From the IMG/VR virus record IMGVR_UViG_3300037247_000623: a DNA stretch of 20,000 nucleotides. One strand, given 5' to 3'. A model generated the notes under the pieces. It had not been told where the DNA came from and did no database searches. It worked only from the letters and a program-made list of their open reading frames with translations. Of the stretch, positions 17,548-20,000 are shown in pieces (position 1 is the stretch's first letter; every line of letters begins with the position of its first letter). The translations under genes and the position numbers were made by a program. This stretch comes from an uncultured virus (IMG/VR IMGVR_UViG_3300037247_000623) (Duplodnaviria; Heunggongvirae; Uroviricota; Caudoviricetes).

Positions 17548-17618
17548 CTCTGCCCTCCACTTCGACAGAGGCGACTTTATACCAAGTCGCTAGGTGTTAT
17601 GGGGACTCGGCTACCTAG
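17548..17618 (-). promoter_or_regulatory. Three abutting inverted repeats between the capsid stop and the zinc-ribbon SD (structured RNA/DNA element)
   Basis: On the minus strand: CTAGGT..ACCTAG, GCGACTT-GGTATA-AAGTCGC and CTCTG..CAGAG. There is no U-tract, so it is not a classical intrinsic terminator. Confidence 0.45.
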
Positions 17619-18580
17619 TTGGTAACGGAATCCAGACCGGCAGACCGAACCCGGCGAATCCAAGTTTGATTCGTGATGATCGACTTGAAAGCGAACTTCC
17701 AACCGATCTTCCGGTTCTGTTGCAACGGATCGCTTTGTCCACCAGGGGCGACCACGTAAACCCGAAGGTTTTGGAGGTCGGTAATCTGATAGGCGAAACG
17801 AGCGATGGCAAACGATGAATAGACCTTGTCTGCTTGACCTGCAGGCGTTTGTGCGGTTGCAGCAAACCCTGGAGCGTTGGTGCGAACGATGCGGAAACCT
17901 CCCAACATCTTCATCTCACCACGCCAGATCCGGGCAGGATCGCCGAACTGCGCGGCTGCCTTGAAATCTGGGTCCTTCAGAAGCGCGGCGTAGACTTGCG
18001 GAGGAGTCGCAAAAACGTACTCTCCGCCTTCCATAGGCCGCGCACCTTGGTCTTGTAGCAACGCATCTAGCTCAATCAAGTCCACATAGCCAACGTGGTC
18101 GCTTCCGACCAAGTTAGTGTCTGCAGCCTTGCTGTTGGGCCGATAGTTGTTAGAAGCAGCGTCCAGCACGGTGAAAATGAGCTGGTCATAAGTTTCTGCG
18201 GCTTCTAGGCCAAGGACGTAAATGGTCCGCTCAACGATGTTATGTTTAGCGGTCAACTCGGCTAGGTCAGAGATACGGACCAAAGATCCATACTGCTCTG
18301 CCGTGGCTTCGAATTGATTCAGCGTAATGCCCACCGAATCCGGTGCAACACCTTCGGTCAACTGTGAGGGGGTCGAAGAGACTGTAAGCTTTTCCTCGCG
18401 GACGAAGCGAATAGTCTTCGAGTTGTTACTTGGAAGTGGGTGCTTGTCCCCGAACTGATCCAAGATGGTGTTCAACTCTGCAACTTCGAGCAGCTTAGCA
18501 CTCAAGTAAGTGATAAGTGATGCTACGACGTTGCCTGCGTTCCCAACAGTTCCGGTAGTGACTGTGATTACATCTGCCAC
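17615..18580 (-). CDS. Major capsid protein, N4-gp56 family (HK97 fold)
   Basis: Motifs LDQFG..PLPSNNSKTIRF, LTEGVAP, EQYGSLVRISD, GEMKMLGGFRIV and SDPLQQNRKIGWK. GTG start with TAAGGAG SD. Confidence 0.9.
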   Translation of the reverse strand: MADVITVTTGTVGNAGNVVASLITYLSAKLLEVAELNTILDQFGDKHPLPSNNSKTIRFVREEKLTVSSTPSQLTEGVAPDSVGITLNQFEATAEQYGSLVRISDLAELTAKHNIVERTIYVLGLEAAETYDQLIFTVLDAASNNYRPNSKAADTNLVGSDHVGYVDLIELDALLQDQGARPMEGGEYVFATPPQVYAALLKDPDFKAAAQFGDPARIWRGEMKMLGGFRIVRTNAPGFAATAQTPAGQADKVYSSFAIARFAYQITDLQNLRVYVVAPGGQSDPLQQNRKIGWKFAFKSIITNQTWIRRVRSAGLDSVTN

Positions 18581-18615
18581 TAGCGTTACTCCTTATTTGG
18601 GGTTTGCCTCAACTA

Positions 18616-19518
18616 CTACCACTGCAACTTGTCAACACCCCTTCGTTCAGCTTCCGCGATGATGGCCTTTCGGCCCTCGCTGGAGCTAATTGAAGGACTC
18701 GCTCCCGGAGTAGGGGGCGTCTGAGTGCTGGACGAGAGTGTCGGTTGTACAGTTTGAGGCGTTGATGCTGGAGCTTTGTCGGCTTGCGCCTTGAGAAGCT
18801 CCGGGGTTCTCCGTCCTAACGAAGACCAGTAAGCGATACTGTAAAGCTCTGCGAGATCGTTCGGAGGCGTTCTTGGGTCGGCCTCAGACATCTCAATTGC
18901 TTGTTTCAGTTTAGGGCTGTCCTGTAGAACGGTAGAATACTCTTCGCTTCCTACGAACTTGTTAACTCCAACTGCTTTCTCCTCAGCAATCGTAAGTGCT
19001 TGCTGACGACCGAGCGTTGAAAGTAATGGGCCGTAAGGCGCGAGTGTATCTGCAATAAGCTTCTGCTGGGTCTCCATGTACCCTTGTGCGTCTTGCTTAT
19101 TTACGTTCTTTACCAAGTCCTCGAAGTAGCGTTGTGGCTGTTCGAGATAGCTCGCGCCAACCTGATCTTGCTGAGTTGGCACGCGCTCGTTGGTAACAGG
19201 ATCAATCCCGTGCTCGCTAATATAACGCTGGCGGAGTTGATCGATTAGAGCGTCTTTCTTGTTAAGACCCTCTACTGCCGCTTCTGCGGTCTTGTAGACT
19301 GATTTTTCACCCTTTAAGAATATTTCATCTTTGGGGGTGGCTTGTGGCTCAGTTACAGGTGCAGCTGCGGGTTTTTCCGTTTGTGGCGTTGTCGCCGCAT
19401 CAGTCCCATCGGTGGCAGGAAATAGCTCATCGAAGAGGAGGTCCCCACCTGGGGCTTCGTCGAGGAAACCCTCGGTTTGGGTCCCAGCTTGGGGGACTTT
19501 TGGTTCATTGTCTGGCAT
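18616..19518 (-). CDS. Putative capsid scaffolding protein (300 aa)
   Basis: Directly upstream of the capsid gene. Acidic disordered N-terminus, YKTAEAAVEG..K coiled coil, helical core, P/T/S linker and a short C-terminal helix. AAAGGAG SD. Confidence 0.7.
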   Translation of the reverse strand: MPDNEPKVPQAGTQTEGFLDEAPGGDLLFDELFPATDGTDAATTPQTEKPAAAPVTEPQATPKDEIFLKGEKSVYKTAEAAVEGLNKKDALIDQLRQRYISEHGIDPVTNERVPTQQDQVGASYLEQPQRYFEDLVKNVNKQDAQGYMETQQKLIADTLAPYGPLLSTLGRQQALTIAEEKAVGVNKFVGSEEYSTVLQDSPKLKQAIEMSEADPRTPPNDLAELYSIAYWSSLGRRTPELLKAQADKAPASTPQTVQPTLSSSTQTPPTPGASPSISSSEGRKAIIAEAERRGVDKLQW

Positions 19519-19535
19519 GTTTCTCCTTTGTGGGG
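19511..19535 (-). repeat. Copy 2 of the 25-nt dispersed repeat, at the scaffold start
   Basis: Plus strand tctggcatgtttctcctttgtgggg; 23/25 identical to 15446..15470. Confidence 0.7.
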
Positions 19536-19545
19536 GTCATGCAGG

Positions 19546-19551
19546 ATTATA
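19546..19551 (-). promoter_or_regulatory. Possible -10 box (TATAAT) upstream of the scaffold-capsid genes
   Basis: Exact TATAAT on the minus strand in the intergenic gap, about 27 nt upstream of the scaffold ATG. No consensus -35 at 17-bp spacing. Confidence 0.35.
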
Positions 19552-19572
19552 GAAGCTTTGTAGCCTCTAAAC

Positions 19573-19956
19573 TTAGCCCTCAATCAATTCAATCTGTTTT
19601 TGCGCTTCTCTAAAGGCAGCTTCTTCTACCTCAAAGGCAGGTTGTGGCTTAGGTGCCGATGCCTTGTGTACGTCTCGATTCACCTGCTCCTCCATCCAAG
19701 AGAGCCAAAAGATACCACTCTGCAGCATTTGAACGTCTTCCATGCTGGCGTGTCGGGACTTCTTTAGCGTGGTCTCAAGTAGTGAGCGCTGTAGGCGCAT
19801 CTTAGCAGTAAGGAATAGAAATCCGGGGTGTGCGCTCAATGTTCCCACAGATGCCTCTTTTTCCTCATCTGCCCTCAAAGGACGCGGCTTTTCGACTTCA
19901 ATTATTCTGAATGATGTCTGAGCACTAAATCCCAGCCACTTTAGTAGTTTCTTCAT
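19573..19956 (-). CDS. Small head-region hypothetical protein (127 aa; portal-to-scaffold position)
   Basis: Helical protein with LSAHPGF...LQSGIFWL pattern, located upstream of the scaffold. Such small genes commonly sit between portal and scaffold in podoviruses. Confidence 0.65.
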   Translation of the reverse strand: MKKLLKWLGFSAQTSFRIIEVEKPRPLRADEEKEASVGTLSAHPGFLFLTAKMRLQRSLLETTLKKSRHASMEDVQMLQSGIFWLSWMEEQVNRDVHKASAPKPQPAFEVEEAAFREAQKQIELIEG

Positions 19957-20000
19957 TTAGGGCGGTCGGGTGTTGCGGGCTAGGGGGGTGGGTTGGGGGC

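Larger units (their letters stand above)
1..20000 (-). mobile_element. Podovirus-like phage/prophage structural and lysis region
   Basis: Co-oriented capsid, scaffold, adaptor, nozzle, fibre, ejection, holin and endolysin genes. No tape measure, tail tube or sheath genes are visible in the window. Confidence 0.93.

Noticed and set aside
17571..17590. Rho-independent terminator or N4-type hairpin promoter after the capsid gene
   Set aside because: There is no U-tract on either side, the 6-nt loop does not match N4 hairpin promoters, and no vRNAP is evident. It is kept only as an unexplained structure.
161..19613. Numerous plus-strand ORFs of 60-180 aa, and nested minus-strand ORFs such as 2359..2679, 5494..5739 and 19353..19583
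   Set aside because: They lie antisense to, or nested within, well-supported minus-strand genes and show no recognisable motifs, so they are treated as shadow ORFs.
19957..20000. 3' end of an upstream gene, possibly portal (..PQPTPLARNTRPP*)
   Set aside because: Only 44 nt are available and several frames are plausible, so identity cannot be supported.
1..20000. CRISPR array, tRNA, DGR template/variable repeats, stop-codon recoding, introns/inteins
   Set aside because: No regularly spaced repeats, cloverleaf, reverse transcriptase or long duplicated segment were seen. Genes are full-length and abut under the standard code.

Overview
The window is a densely packed, entirely minus-strand virion-morphogenesis operon of a podovirus-like tailed phage or prophage. 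In transcription order (right to left) it holds: a small conserved head-region protein, a scaffold-like protein, an N4-gp56-family major capsid protein, and then an inserted cassette of an unannotated 38-aa zinc-ribbon ORF, a GT-A glycosyltransferase, an HxGH cytidylyltransferase and a GT2 glycosyltransferase. After that come two small proteins, a peptidase-M15 endolysin and 3TM-type holin, a head-tail adaptor, a tail nozzle, a fibre/spike with FN3-like domains, two small proteins, and three putative ejection (internal virion) proteins. The last of these is a 2370-aa polyvalent protein with a C-terminal LPD38-like region. The most striking observation is an ECF-sigma-factor-like module (sigma2 plus a weaker sigma4 HTH) embedded in this giant protein, which suggests a sigma-like factor delivered with the DNA. 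The second is a glycosylation/CDP-activation cassette directly behind the capsid gene, a candidate virion-decoration system. All family calls are by eye from motifs and synteny; no searches were run.
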